Below the pieces are notes generated by a model. The model did no database searches and was not told the DNA's origin. It worked only from the letters and a program-made list of their open reading frames with translations. Shown one piece after another: positions 9,685 to 19,370 of a stretch of 64,000 nucleotides of DNA. The stretch covers positions 32,001 through 96,000 of the forward strand of contig CAVTUQ010000040.1 of assembly GCA_963737905.1 (NCBI GenBank), written 5' to 3'. Origin of the DNA: an uncultured delta proteobacterium (GTDB lineage Bacteria > Desulfobacterota > Binatia > UBA9968). The position numbers were made by a program, and so were the translations under genes. Within the stretch, counting starts at the first letter, position 1; each line of letters opens with the position of its first letter.

Positions 9685-10866
9685 TTAGCGCTGATGCGCC
9701 CACTTAACCCCCCAGACAACCAACAGAAACACAATCGTTGAGCCCAGAGAGCCAATGACAAAGACGCCGCCGATGCTGGTGGCCTGGGCGATCAGCCCGC
9801 CTATGGAGGGACCCAAGATATTACCCAAATCACCGGCCGCGTTGTAAATCCCGGAGGCCAGACCGCGCGAGACCTTATTTTCATCAACGTCCTGCACCAA
9901 TCCGACGGCATTGGCCACGATAACGATGGCGCGCATTAACCCCGACAAAACATAGACCGCGAGGATCGTACCGAACCCGGTAAAAAGCGGGATGAGCATC
10001 AACAACGCTGATTGAAGCGGAATTCCCGCATAAGACAGACCGCGATGGCCGAACCGGTTAACCACGTGGCCGCTGATCGGACGCGTCACGGCATTGCAAC
10101 CGGCGTAAGCGGCGCGCACCACTCCGATCTGCGTCAGCGTCATGCCCACGGCAAGACCGTAGAGCGAAATAAAAACTCCGCTCATCTGGTGCAGCAAGTT
10201 GAGAAACAGTGCGACGATAACCACAGCGGCCAACTCCGGTTCGACAAGCGCTTTGAACGAATCCTTAACCCTGAGTTTTGCCTTTGGCTTCTCCTGTTCG
10301 GGACGACGGCTCCTTGGCTCGTAGGGTCCCCGCAGTAACCACAGGAGTGCCACCGCCACTAACGACAAGACCGCCGCCGCTTGAAACGTCGCACCGTAAC
10401 CAAACTTGTCTGCCAGAAATCCGCCAAAGAGATTTCCCGTCGAATATCCCAGTGCCAAGGTACCGACGTAGTAACCCATGGCATGGTTGCGGTTTTCATC
10501 CGGTGCCAACGAGTCGACGTAAAACGCCATGTAAAGCGTCGTTACGGCACCGTAAGCCAGACCATTGAGCGCATGAACGACGGCAAACACCAAGCTGTTT
10601 TGCGCGAAGCTGTAAAACCAGTTCGTCAACCCCATGGCCAAGACCGCCATTGAAATGAGCAACCGCGCGCGATGGCGCTGATAGGCCATCCCCACCGGTA
10701 ACCGGGAAGTCAAAGCCAGAATCGGACCGAGGGAAATGAGCGTGCCGATGGCGGCCATCGGAATGCTGAGGTCATGAAGAAAGGGCGGGATGATCGTCGA
10801 TGCGGAATTACTTTGCACGGTGATCGCAACGATGGGCACCAAGAGTTTGAGCGTACTCATTTTCAT
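9685..10866 (-). CDS. MFS transporter
   Basis: 393 aa, 12 hydrophobic segments, GGFLADKFGY motif. Confidence 0.85.
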   Translation of the reverse strand: MKMSTLKLLVPIVAITVQSNSASTIIPPFLHDLSIPMAAIGTLISLGPILALTSRLPVGMAYQRHRARLLISMAVLAMGLTNWFYSFAQNSLVFAVVHALNGLAYGAVTTLYMAFYVDSLAPDENRNHAMGYYVGTLALGYSTGNLFGGFLADKFGYGATFQAAAVLSLVAVALLWLLRGPYEPRSRRPEQEKPKAKLRVKDSFKALVEPELAAVVIVALFLNLLHQMSGVFISLYGLAVGMTLTQIGVVRAAYAGCNAVTRPISGHVVNRFGHRGLSYAGIPLQSALLMLIPLFTGFGTILAVYVLSGLMRAIVIVANAVGLVQDVDENKVSRGLASGIYNAAGDLGNILGPSIGGLIAQATSIGGVFVIGSLGSTIVFLLVVWGVKWAHQR

Positions 10867-10971
10867 ATTCGTTCTCTTATTCTCTAAAAATTTTGTACCT
10901 GCAACCGATTCGGCACTGCAATCGTAGACATTTTATCGCGCTTCAGGTAATGAACCAGCGAGGGGAAAAAC

Positions 10972-11859
10972 ATGATGGACTTAAAGCGATCCTGGATGTT
11001 CGTGCCTGGTCACAGGCAAAAAATGATCGATAAGGCTCTGGGGCTCAACTCCGATGCCATCATGCTGGACATCGAGGACGGCGTTGCAGCCAGCGAAAAG
11101 GACACGGCTCGACAGCTGATCGGTAAGGCCTTGGGACGCCCGAAAGCGCCGAACTCGCCGGCGCGCTTTGTGCGCATCAACGCCATCGGCCACGCGCGCA
11201 TGGATGCTGATATTGACGCCGTGGTTCGGCCCGGACTCGAAGGCTTGGTTCTGCCCAAAGTTGAAACGCCAGAGGAAGTTATGAAAGTCGATTCCATTCT
11301 CACCCAGCGTGAACGGCAACAAAGGATGCCGGCGGGCGGGGTCAAGCTACTGATCGCTATCGAAAGCCCCCGAGGCTTGCTGAACGCGCCCGCCATCGCC
11401 GCTCGTTCACAGCGGGTCTGCGGCTTGATGTTTGGCGCGGAAGATTTTGGCCGTGAGCTGGGACTGCCGACTTCCCGCGAGGGCGAAGCGCGCGACATGC
11501 TTTACGCCCGATCCGCCATGGTCATAGCGGCCGCTTCGGCTCACGTTCAGGCGGTGGATGGAGTCTGGGTCGATCTCAAAGACACGGAAGGGCTCGCCGG
11601 TTATGGGCGACAATCGCGCCGTCTCGGCTTCTCGGCCATGTCTTTGATTCATCCGTCGCAGATCGATCCTATCAACCAGATGTTCAGCCCGACATCCGAG
11701 GAAATCGACTACGCGCAGAGTGTCATCCAGGCCTTCGAAGAGGCCAATGCGCGGGGAGATGGTTCCATTGCTTTCGGCGGCCAGCTTATCGATAGACCGA
11801 TCGTCGAGCGCGCGCGGCGCACCCTCGAATTGGCCAAATCCTTGGGTATCACCCCATAA
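10972..11859 (+). CDS. CitE-like CoA ester lyase (HpcH/HpaI aldolase, citrate lyase beta family)
   Basis: RSWMFVPG, LDIEDGVA, FVRIN, LPKVE, IESPRG, FGAEDF and LIHPSQI motifs. Confidence 0.9.
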   Translation: MMDLKRSWMFVPGHRQKMIDKALGLNSDAIMLDIEDGVAASEKDTARQLIGKALGRPKAPNSPARFVRINAIGHARMDADIDAVVRPGLEGLVLPKVETPEEVMKVDSILTQRERQQRMPAGGVKLLIAIESPRGLLNAPAIAARSQRVCGLMFGAEDFGRELGLPTSREGEARDMLYARSAMVIAAASAHVQAVDGVWVDLKDTEGLAGYGRQSRRLGFSAMSLIHPSQIDPINQMFSPTSEEIDYAQSVIQAFEEANARGDGSIAFGGQLIDRPIVERARRTLELAKSLGITP

Positions 11860-11891
11860 ACGCAGATCGACAAGGTTGAAATGTGCCAAAG

Positions 11892-12824
11892 ATGAAATTA
11901 AGATTCGCTTTGCTGCTGGCCCTCGTATGGTGCGTGAGTACCGGCGCTTCCGCGCCGGAAGAAATGAGACCGGTCAAGCTCGCCGACGGCGTGTACATGT
12001 TTGAAAATAGCCGCGGTACAAGCAACGCCACGGTGATCATCACCGAAGAGGGAGTCGTAGTTTTTGATTTCAACATTCTTACCGCAGACCAGGTCTTAGC
12101 CGGCCTGCGCAAGCTCACCGATAAGAAAGTTCGCTATCTGATCTCGTCGCACAGCGCCCTCGACCACGCTTCGGGCGGGTGGTTTTACCGCGATGACAAG
12201 CCCACCTACATTGCTACCAAAAACCAGGTGCACGACCTGCAAATGCAAGAATTGGCTGGCTTTAACGAGCGCAAAGAATCGAAGGATCCGCGCAACGCCG
12301 TATATAAAGGGAAAGAGCTGGTGCAACCCGACATCGGTTTTGACGGGACCATGACCCTCTATTTTGGCGGCCTGACGTTTCAGATCACCGCTGAAGGCAG
12401 GGGCCATAGCACCGGCGATCTCACCGTTTATATTCCGCAGAAGCGTTTGTTTCTGATGGGCGACCTGCTGGATACCGAAGTTCACCCGGGCCAAGGCGAA
12501 TCCGGGGATATTTTCTACTCCAACGTCAAGGGTTGGATCGAGATTCTCGACCGGATTATGGCGCGCCATCTACCCGTGGACACTTACGTTCCAGGCCATG
12601 GGCCCGTCCATGTCGGGCGCGGTGTGAAAGACCTCGAAGAACAAAAGCGCTACTTCATCGTCATGAGAGACGAAGTCGCCAAAATGATCGCCGCCGGCAA
12701 GAGCCTGGAACAAATCGAAAAGGAATTCAAAGTCCCCCAGGAGTTTGCCCATTACAAACGGCCGGAAAGACTGAAACAATTTTACAAACTCTTCTATAAT
12801 CAGCTGCTGGAAACCGGCTACTAA
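11892..12824 (+). CDS. Secreted MBL-fold metallo-hydrolase (cyclase-like)
   Basis: Signal peptide; SHSALDH (variant HxHxDH), GHSTGD, GDL and VPGHG motifs. Confidence 0.8.
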   Translation: MKLRFALLLALVWCVSTGASAPEEMRPVKLADGVYMFENSRGTSNATVIITEEGVVVFDFNILTADQVLAGLRKLTDKKVRYLISSHSALDHASGGWFYRDDKPTYIATKNQVHDLQMQELAGFNERKESKDPRNAVYKGKELVQPDIGFDGTMTLYFGGLTFQITAEGRGHSTGDLTVYIPQKRLFLMGDLLDTEVHPGQGESGDIFYSNVKGWIEILDRIMARHLPVDTYVPGHGPVHVGRGVKDLEEQKRYFIVMRDEVAKMIAAGKSLEQIEKEFKVPQEFAHYKRPERLKQFYKLFYNQLLETGY

Positions 12825-12860
12825 CCAACGATTGCACACCCTAGTCCAAGGAGGAACATA

Positions 12861-13917
12861 ATGAAGTGTCTAACTAAAGCATGGATCATTTTGACCGTCG
12901 GTTTGGTTTCACCGTCATGGGCCCAAAGTGGCAAATCCATGCCCATCGATCAACTCGCGGCCTATAACAAGCCGGACCGGGAACAGGTGCTTTATACCGG
13001 CGCGAAAACGGAGGGTAAAATTACCTGGTACACCTCGCTCGCGGGTGGGTCATACAAAGATCTCGCCGCTGCTTTTGAAGCGAAATATCCCGGCGTCAAA
13101 GTGGAAGCGTATCGCGGGACGCGTCAAGAGCTCGGAGCGAGGATCCTGGCGGAAACCCAAGCCAAGCGGTATATCTTCGATACGCTTGAGAGTACTATTC
13201 CACTCTTGAAACTTTTGCGCGACAACAAATTGATAACGCCTTACTATTTTCCAACTCAGGCAAAGTATCCGGATAATGTCAAAGAAAAAGGACCGAAGGG
13301 ACTGTTCTACTGGTCCATCGACCGCGAGTCCCACATTGGTCTCGCCTACAACAAGAACTCTATTCCGGCTAGTTTGGCGCCCAAGAACTATGAAGGACTG
13401 TTGCGTCCCGGAACTCAAAGACAAGATCGGTTTCGCCGGCAGCGACACCGGTGTCACCGTCGTAGGAACGATGCTGAAGCTGAAGGGTGATGAATATATT
13501 AAGAAACTCAAAACGCAGAATCCCGTTGTGCACAACGTTTCCGGCCGAGCTTTGCTTGACATGGTCATTCCCGGGGAGATTGGCGTGTCACCGACGATTT
13601 TTCGCAATCACGTGGCGGTATCGCTGAAAGCCGGTGCCCCGATTGAATGGATCCCGATGGAATTGGTTCCAACTAACTCGGGATCGACGGCTGTTTCCGC
13701 TCAAGCCCCACATCCTCATGCGGCCTTGCTCATGGCAGACTTCATCTTAGGTGAAGGCGGACAAAAGGTTCTCGAGCAATATGAGTACGGAAGTCCGACG
13801 AAGGATTACGGTTTCAAGCGGTGGTACCCGGAACAGGGACTGACAACAGAGCAGTATGAGAAACTCGATGAGCAATGGAATAAGTTATTGCGTGAGCTGG
13901 GCCGTAGGTCTTCCTAA
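12861..13917 (+). CDS. ABC extracellular solute-binding protein (Fe3+/thiamine-type), frameshifted near 13408
   Basis: ORFs 12861..13490 and 13276..13917 join into one SBP (GAKTEGKITWYTS...APKNYEGLL / PELKDKI...APHPHAALLMADF); +1 indel at CCCGG. Confidence 0.8.
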
Positions 13918-14001
13918 TCCGGATGGTTCACGGGGTGAAACAACCGAGGAGCAAGCCTCGTCCGAACGCGGGCAATGGGCCTCTTACAGCGGAGTGGAGA
14001 C

Positions 14002-14072
14002 CGTTCAATCGTTCAAAAAGTTCCAATCGTTCAACGGTCTTGAAACGAGCTTGAACGTTTTGAACCTGGAAC
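14002..14072. repeat. Imperfect palindrome of tandem GTTCAA/TTGAAC units
   Basis: cgttcaatcgttcaaaaagttccaatcgttcaac ... ttgaacgttttgaacctggaac. Confidence 0.65.
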
Positions 14073-14156
14073 GTATGCACTCCGTTTAACAGTCTGCTCG
14101 TGCTTGGTCCCTCGTACGCTGAATAATCCAGGCTAGTTGTCTCGCCAGGAGGCTTT

Positions 14157-15626
14157 ATGCATACCGGTTCTTATACCCATGGCAAATGGTTTCATCCAAA
14201 GTCTCAGCGGCTTGTCCGCAACATCAATCCAGCAGACCCCGACGACTTGATCGCCGAGTTTCCCGCTGCGACCACGGAAGACGTCCAGCGCGCCATCGAT
14301 GCGGCGCAAGGGTCGTTCAGCGCTTGGAAGAAGACACCGGGCCCGGAACGCGGGCGCGTGCTCTGGCGTGCCGCAGACATCGCGCGCCAGCGGGCCGATG
14401 AGATTGCCCGCATGCTCACGCGCGAGGAGGGCAAAATCCTCAAAGAAGCCAAGGGCGAAGTCATGAAGGGCATCTCTCTTCTGGAGTTTTACGCCGGCGA
14501 GGGTTTTCGGATGCATGGAAAGACGCTCCCTTCCGAGGCTCGCGACACATTTACTTACACGATCCGCCGGCCACTGGGTGTCGTCGGTTTGATCGCGCCG
14601 TGGAATTTTCCCTGGGCCATCCCTGTGTGGAAATCGGCTCCTGCTCTGGTTTCGGGGAATACCGTCATCTTTAAGCCCGCCGAGTTGACCCCGGCGACCG
14701 CGACTTTGCTAACTGAAATCTACGAAGAGGCAGGTTTGCCGCCCGGGGTTTTCAACATGATTGTTGGGTCCGGCTCCGTTGTCGGCGAAGCGCTGGTTAA
14801 CTCCCCGGCGCTCCGGGCCATCTCTTTCACCGGCTCCAACGAAGTCGGCGGCGCGCTCTATGCCAAAGCCGCTCAGCGCGGCGCTAAAGTCACGTGCGAG
14901 ATGGGGGGTAAGAATGCCGTTATTGTTATGGCGGACGCAGATCTCGACAAAGCCGCTATTGCCATTCATGGGGGCGCCTTTGGCTCCACCGGCCAACGAT
15001 GCACGGCAACGTCGCGGGTGATTGCGGCGCCGTCTGTGAAGACTAAGTTATTAGAGCGCTTGGTTGAAGGAGCACAGAAAATCAAGATCGGACCGGGGCT
15101 GGATGAAACCGTCGACATGGGACCGGCGGTGGACGAAAAACAATGGAAGACCGATCTCGATTATCTCAGGATCGGAGGAGAGGAAGGCGCGAGGCTCGTG
15201 ATCGGCGGCAAGAAGCCCGAACATCTCGGAAAAGGCTATTTCGTCGAGCCAACGATTTTTGACAACGTCGGACCCCATATGCGCATCTTCAAAGAAGAGA
15301 TCTTCGGCCCCGTATTATCCGTCACGACGGCCAAGAGTCTTGAGGAAGCGCTTCAATTCGCCAACGGCGTTGAATACGGTCTCACGACGGCCATCTTCAC
15401 TGAGAATGTCGACACGATTATGAATTTCGTCGAAGAGGTCGAGACCGGCATGGTCCACGTTAACGAGCCGACCATCGGCGGCGAAGCACAGCTACCCTTT
15501 GGGGGAACCAAAGCCACAGGCGTCGGCGAGCGCGAAATGGCCGAGGAAGGACTTAACTTCTTCACCGAGCTCAAAACCGTTTTCATCAATTATTCCGGCA
15601 AGGCCGAACGATTGATGATCCGATGA
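14157..15626 (+). CDS. NAD(P)-dependent aldehyde dehydrogenase (alpha-ketoglutaric semialdehyde DH-like)
   Basis: PWNFP, FTGS, EMGGKN, GQRCTA and EEIFGPV motifs. Confidence 0.95.
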   Translation: MHTGSYTHGKWFHPKSQRLVRNINPADPDDLIAEFPAATTEDVQRAIDAAQGSFSAWKKTPGPERGRVLWRAADIARQRADEIARMLTREEGKILKEAKGEVMKGISLLEFYAGEGFRMHGKTLPSEARDTFTYTIRRPLGVVGLIAPWNFPWAIPVWKSAPALVSGNTVIFKPAELTPATATLLTEIYEEAGLPPGVFNMIVGSGSVVGEALVNSPALRAISFTGSNEVGGALYAKAAQRGAKVTCEMGGKNAVIVMADADLDKAAIAIHGGAFGSTGQRCTATSRVIAAPSVKTKLLERLVEGAQKIKIGPGLDETVDMGPAVDEKQWKTDLDYLRIGGEEGARLVIGGKKPEHLGKGYFVEPTIFDNVGPHMRIFKEEIFGPVLSVTTAKSLEEALQFANGVEYGLTTAIFTENVDTIMNFVEEVETGMVHVNEPTIGGEAQLPFGGTKATGVGEREMAEEGLNFFTELKTVFINYSGKAERLMIR

Positions 15627-15632
15627 GAAAAA

Positions 15633-15714
15633 GTTCAAGGTTCAATGTTTAATGTTCAAGGCCGAGTCAAAGTCTACCTGGCCTTCATTGAACTTTGAAC
15701 CTTGAGCATTGAAC
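15633..15714. repeat. Heptamer-periodic inverted repeat between convergent genes (probable bidirectional terminator or REP-like element)
   Basis: 4x GTTCAAK-like units (15633-15660) facing 4x NTTGAAC-like units (15687-15714). Confidence 0.75.
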
Positions 15715-15719
15715 CGAAC

Positions 15720-16103
15720 CTATTTATCTACCGGCGCTGCTCCCTGCCAATGGCCGACATCGATGATGATGTCCTCGGGACCGACGAATTTGTCTTCGTA
15801 ATAAGCAGTGCCCAAATTAATCGCTCCGGCCTTTCTGGCGCCGGCGGCTTCCATCAAACGAAACTGTTCTTGATCGTTGTCCACCGAGAAGCCAATATGG
15901 TCGATGCCCGGCTGCTTGGCCGACTCGCCTTCCCGTGTGCCCGCGCGCAACGGCAGGACGGTAATATTGACCGATCCATCGCTCAGATCGATGGCGTTAT
16001 TCTTGCGTTTCTGGATCATCTTCATACCCATCGCGTCGACGAAAAACTTTGCCATGGCGTCAACATCCGTCGCCCGGTATGCGATATGCCTTATCTTGGC
16101 CAT
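15720..16103 (-). CDS. VOC (glyoxalase/bleomycin resistance) family protein
   Basis: IRHIAY...FFVDAMGM...GIDHIGFSV. Confidence 0.85.
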   Translation of the reverse strand: MAKIRHIAYRATDVDAMAKFFVDAMGMKMIQKRKNNAIDLSDGSVNITVLPLRAGTREGESAKQPGIDHIGFSVDNDQEQFRLMEAAGARKAGAINLGTAYYEDKFVGPEDIIIDVGHWQGAAPVDK

Positions 16104-16193
16104 GTGTTTACTCCCCTTTTTTTCTCAAGAATTCTTTCATCAAGTAATTCGCCTGGCAAATCGGAAAGCGGCCAACATCCAACGATTGGAGTT

Positions 16194-16225
16194 AACTTGA
16201 GACCCGAAACCCGAGACTCGAAACC
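16194..16225. repeat. Heptamer tandem repeat (RACYCGA), single arm
   Basis: AACTTGA GACCCGA AACCCGA GACTCGA AACC. Confidence 0.55.
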
Positions 16226-16241
16226 GCGGCGCATCGCGCCG

Positions 16242-16745
16242 CTATCCGCCGTAGAAAACCTTGTCGCCTAAATCTTTCATCGCCAAAGTCGCGTCGTCAG
16301 GACGGCCCGCGGGTTGCACCGCCACCCCAGCGTCTTTCACTTCACCGACGAAGATCGAATGATCCCCTTTTTCAATCGTATCGACGAGCGCGCACTCGAC
16401 GAAGGCGGGTGTCTTTTCTAAAATCGGCGCCCCCAGGCTGCCCTTACGGAACGCCTCGCCGCCGATACTGTTACCTTCCCGTTCCAAGGGTTTGAAAAAC
16501 GTAAACGCCATCCCCTTCTGATCCTTCCCCAGAATATTTAGCGCAAAGGCTTTGGATTCTTTGATGATTGCGTGGGCACCGGAATCGGCCTTGACGCCGA
16601 CCACAACCAACGGCGGCTGAAAGGCAGTCTGGGTCACCCAGTTGACCGTCGCAGCGGCAACCTTGCCGTCCTTTCCCTCGGCTGTCAGAACGTACAACCC
16701 ATACGGAATCATTCTAAGAGCGGTTTTTTTTGCGTCTGCATCCAT
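16242..16745 (-). CDS. Flavin reductase-like family protein
   Basis: ALRMIPYGLYVLT, FQPPLVVV, FALNIL and GDHSIFVGEV motifs. Confidence 0.9.
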   Translation of the reverse strand: MDADAKKTALRMIPYGLYVLTAEGKDGKVAAATVNWVTQTAFQPPLVVVGVKADSGAHAIIKESKAFALNILGKDQKGMAFTFFKPLEREGNSIGGEAFRKGSLGAPILEKTPAFVECALVDTIEKGDHSIFVGEVKDAGVAVQPAGRPDDATLAMKDLGDKVFYGG

Positions 16746-16897
16746 CTTGAATCATCCTTTCATTGGTAGCCTTCCCCTATTGGGTAACCGATTCTATGGG
16801 AGTGAATTCGAATCTGCAAGCCTTGCGGGATAATCGGGTACCGGCGGGTTAAAAACCCGCCTCGACAACTTAAGAGACACTACACTACCGACCTCGG

Positions 16898-17461
16898 TTA
16901 CGCACATGGCGGCACTCGAAAGGCGAGGATCACATAAATGTTACCCTTCAATTCGAAGTCGCCCACCTCGGTCATCCCTAACCCGGTGATATGAGCATTC
17001 AGAGAATGGGGATTGCTGCGCGACACAAACGCCACGCCGGCCTGAAACTGCCCGGCGAGCTCCTGCCTCTGCGCTTCGTAGAGTCCCCGCAGGAGTCCCC
17101 GCCGGCGGTAAGCGCGATCGATGCAGACCGGACCGTAGATATAACTACGATAAGAGCTAAGCGTTTGACCTTCGAATCTTACCAGATCGTAGGCCTCGAG
17201 CATCTTCGCTACGACAGGTGATCCATGATCGAATTCATTCCGAAACGCGCACAAAAACCCGACCAGTTCGCCATCGACAATAGCGATGGTCGTCCCGAGA
17301 TCTTCCGCCATCCGAGCGACCTGCTCGCGCGAAAACTCCGCCGAGAGAAACCCTTCTTTCCGCTCCTCTTCAGAAAGATTTGCAATGAAGTTTTCGGATT
17401 GCAAGCGAAGGACGGCAGGGTAGTCTCCAGCTTCGGCACGTCTGAATGCCAAGGATGCCAT
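16898..17461 (-). CDS. GNAT-family N-acetyltransferase
   Basis: YGPVCIDRAYRRRGLLRGLY acetyl-CoA motif; NPHSLNAH. Confidence 0.8.
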   Translation of the reverse strand: MASLAFRRAEAGDYPAVLRLQSENFIANLSEEERKEGFLSAEFSREQVARMAEDLGTTIAIVDGELVGFLCAFRNEFDHGSPVVAKMLEAYDLVRFEGQTLSSYRSYIYGPVCIDRAYRRRGLLRGLYEAQRQELAGQFQAGVAFVSRSNPHSLNAHITGLGMTEVGDFELKGNIYVILAFRVPPCA

Positions 17462-17473
17462 TGCTACTGGCGC

Positions 17474-17995
17474 TCAAGTTCCTGGCCAGCCCCCGCCCGG
17501 AGGGTGGTTCCGTCCCCTACCTTTAAATGCTTCCGCCAAAAATCCACCTAACGCCCCCGCCGGAATGATCGCTGCGATGGAGAGAAATCTAAACCATTCG
17601 GGAAGCGGCAGCGACTCTTCCTGCAGCGATTGCTCAATAAAGGACAGGATCAGCGAACAGAATCCCACCAGCGCTCCATGTTTGATTTCCAGTTTGCCGG
17701 CTTTTACAGCGGCAACGAAACCACCCAAAGCTGTGCCCAAAACACCGATGGTGAAACCAACCATCAGCCCTTCAGGAGAAGTCATATAGTCTCTGATTTG
17801 ATCGCCGGTTACCTCGCCCTGTTTCGATAATTCCTTGGCTAAGTAAATGAAAAAATAAGCATATGTGCCGGCGTAAGTCGCAATATAGTCGACCACCACG
17901 CCGACGATAATCGGCCGGACTTGGACGCCAGTGAAAAACCCCGTGGGCGCGATGGGCGATGGAGGCTTTCCAGTTTGTCGTGTGTCGTATTGCAT
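17474..17995 (-). CDS. Hypothetical 4-TM membrane protein
   Basis: Hydrophobic helices, ALGGFVAA...HGALVG pattern; start MQYDTRQ at 17995. Confidence 0.65.
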   Translation of the reverse strand: MQYDTRQTGKPPSPIAPTGFFTGVQVRPIIVGVVVDYIATYAGTYAYFFIYLAKELSKQGEVTGDQIRDYMTSPEGLMVGFTIGVLGTALGGFVAAVKAGKLEIKHGALVGFCSLILSFIEQSLQEESLPLPEWFRFLSIAAIIPAGALGGFLAEAFKGRGRNHPPGGGWPGT

Positions 17996-18167
17996 GCTGC
18001 TCCCTAATTCCCGACTTACTCTCCCCCGGCTATTAAAGTCCCGGCTCCCATGTCCGATTCTACAATTAGGAGCACAGATGTTTGCGTCGCGCAAAATCCT
18101 CAAGCCAGACGTTCCTCCGAAACATTACACCTCAAAGATGCAATTTCTCCGCACCTGGATAGCCCAG

Positions 18168-18575
18168 CTATTTTTTCCAGCGCGGCACCTTCTTCCGGTT
18201 AGGAATGCCATCGCCAAGCAGCGTTCTTCCTCCAAGAGGAAAGCCTTTCGGCGGAATCGCTCCTAGGATCATATAAACGACATCCTTTTTGGAGTCGTTG
18301 CCGAGCGCCCGATCGACCGTCGGCCCGACCCGTATCACCGTCCCCTCGGGCATCGAAATGCGCTTGCCGTCCAAGATAATCGAACCGGTTCCCTTCAACG
18401 TAATAAACACCTCTTCCTGGACTTTGTGGCGGTGCACGTAGGTCGCGCCCTCGCCTGGTTTGTATCGGACGAAGCTGAAGCCCACCGCCTTGCAACCCAT
18501 CGGGCGCGAGAGAAACTCCTTTTCTTTAACCTTGCTGAGGGGCATGAATCCTTTGGTGTATCTTGCTGCGGCCAT
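18168..18575 (-). CDS. Cupin domain protein
   Basis: HRHKVQEEVFITLKGTG cupin motif; RBS GAGGAGG before ATG 18575. Confidence 0.85.
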   Translation of the reverse strand: MAAARYTKGFMPLSKVKEKEFLSRPMGCKAVGFSFVRYKPGEGATYVHRHKVQEEVFITLKGTGSIILDGKRISMPEGTVIRVGPTVDRALGNDSKKDVVYMILGAIPPKGFPLGGRTLLGDGIPNRKKVPRWKK

Positions 18576-18679
18576 AGGGACCTCCTCGGTTCCGCTGCGG
18601 TACTTTTGAATATGACGTACCATCCCTTCGATGTTTAGTGCCAGACATTGTTTGTAGCTTGCCGGGGCCGAGGAGCCAT

Positions 18680-18817
18680 TGCGCGGCATCGGCGGTAAAG
18701 ATCCCCTTTGACCTGGGTGACCTCGCCTGGGGGTTGTTGTTGGGCTGAGATCGCCGGAGAAAACATTTCGAGTAGCGCAACGGGAACTAAAAATGTTAGA
18801 AGCGTCCTTCGAACCAT
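18680..18817 (-). pseudogene. N-terminal remnant of a secreted MBL-like gene
   Basis: Signal peptide followed by EVTQVKGDLYR, typical of an MBL N-terminus, then degenerates. Confidence 0.4.
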
Positions 18818-18901
18818 TGATGCTCTCGAGCTATGGTTGACCTCAAGCGCCACGAATAGGAAAATAACTTTTCACGAGGGCAAAACGCAAACGCCTTATT
18901 T

Positions 18902-19360
18902 ATGTTTCATCGCTATCAGCACGAATCCGACATCTATCCGGCGTTGAGCCGAATTCCTCTCCACGTGCGCATGAAGCTGGACGTGACCGGAATCAAGATA
19001 TCGCTGAGAGACTGGCTGGCGTTCAGCATTGAAGAACGCACTGTTCTTTGCCATCTGCCCGTCGAAACCGAAGAGGAAAAAGAAGCGTTTTCATCCTATC
19101 TCGATTTCCTTTCACGGCGATACCGCGACGCGCCCGTGATGACGACGACCGCGCTGAGGCGCTCCCTCTGGGACAGCGTGCGCCAGGTGCCCGCACCGGT
19201 AACCGGCAAAAGTGCACCACAGATCCCCTCGGTAACCGTCGAAGAGTGGCGGCACTGGAAAACTCATCAGCGCTATGCTTTGTACAAGACGGCACTTTCG
19301 CAAAGTGATCCCGAACAGTTCTTTGCCGTGCTTAAAGAGTTGCGTGCGCCGAAAGACTGA
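18902..19360 (+). CDS. Nitrate reductase-associated protein (NarM-like)
   Basis: LSRIPLHVRMKLDVTGIKISL..W and EEW..W..HQRYALYK motifs of the family. Confidence 0.75.
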   Translation: MFHRYQHESDIYPALSRIPLHVRMKLDVTGIKISLRDWLAFSIEERTVLCHLPVETEEEKEAFSSYLDFLSRRYRDAPVMTTTALRRSLWDSVRQVPAPVTGKSAPQIPSVTVEEWRHWKTHQRYALYKTALSQSDPEQFFAVLKELRAPKD

Positions 19361-19370
19361 ACGTCCTCCT

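Noticed and set aside
16867-16887. AACTTAAGAGACACTACACTA, resembling the IS630 end at 9664-9679
   Set aside because: Isolated ~14-bp similarity with no transposase or partner end; possible scar but not supportable as a feature.
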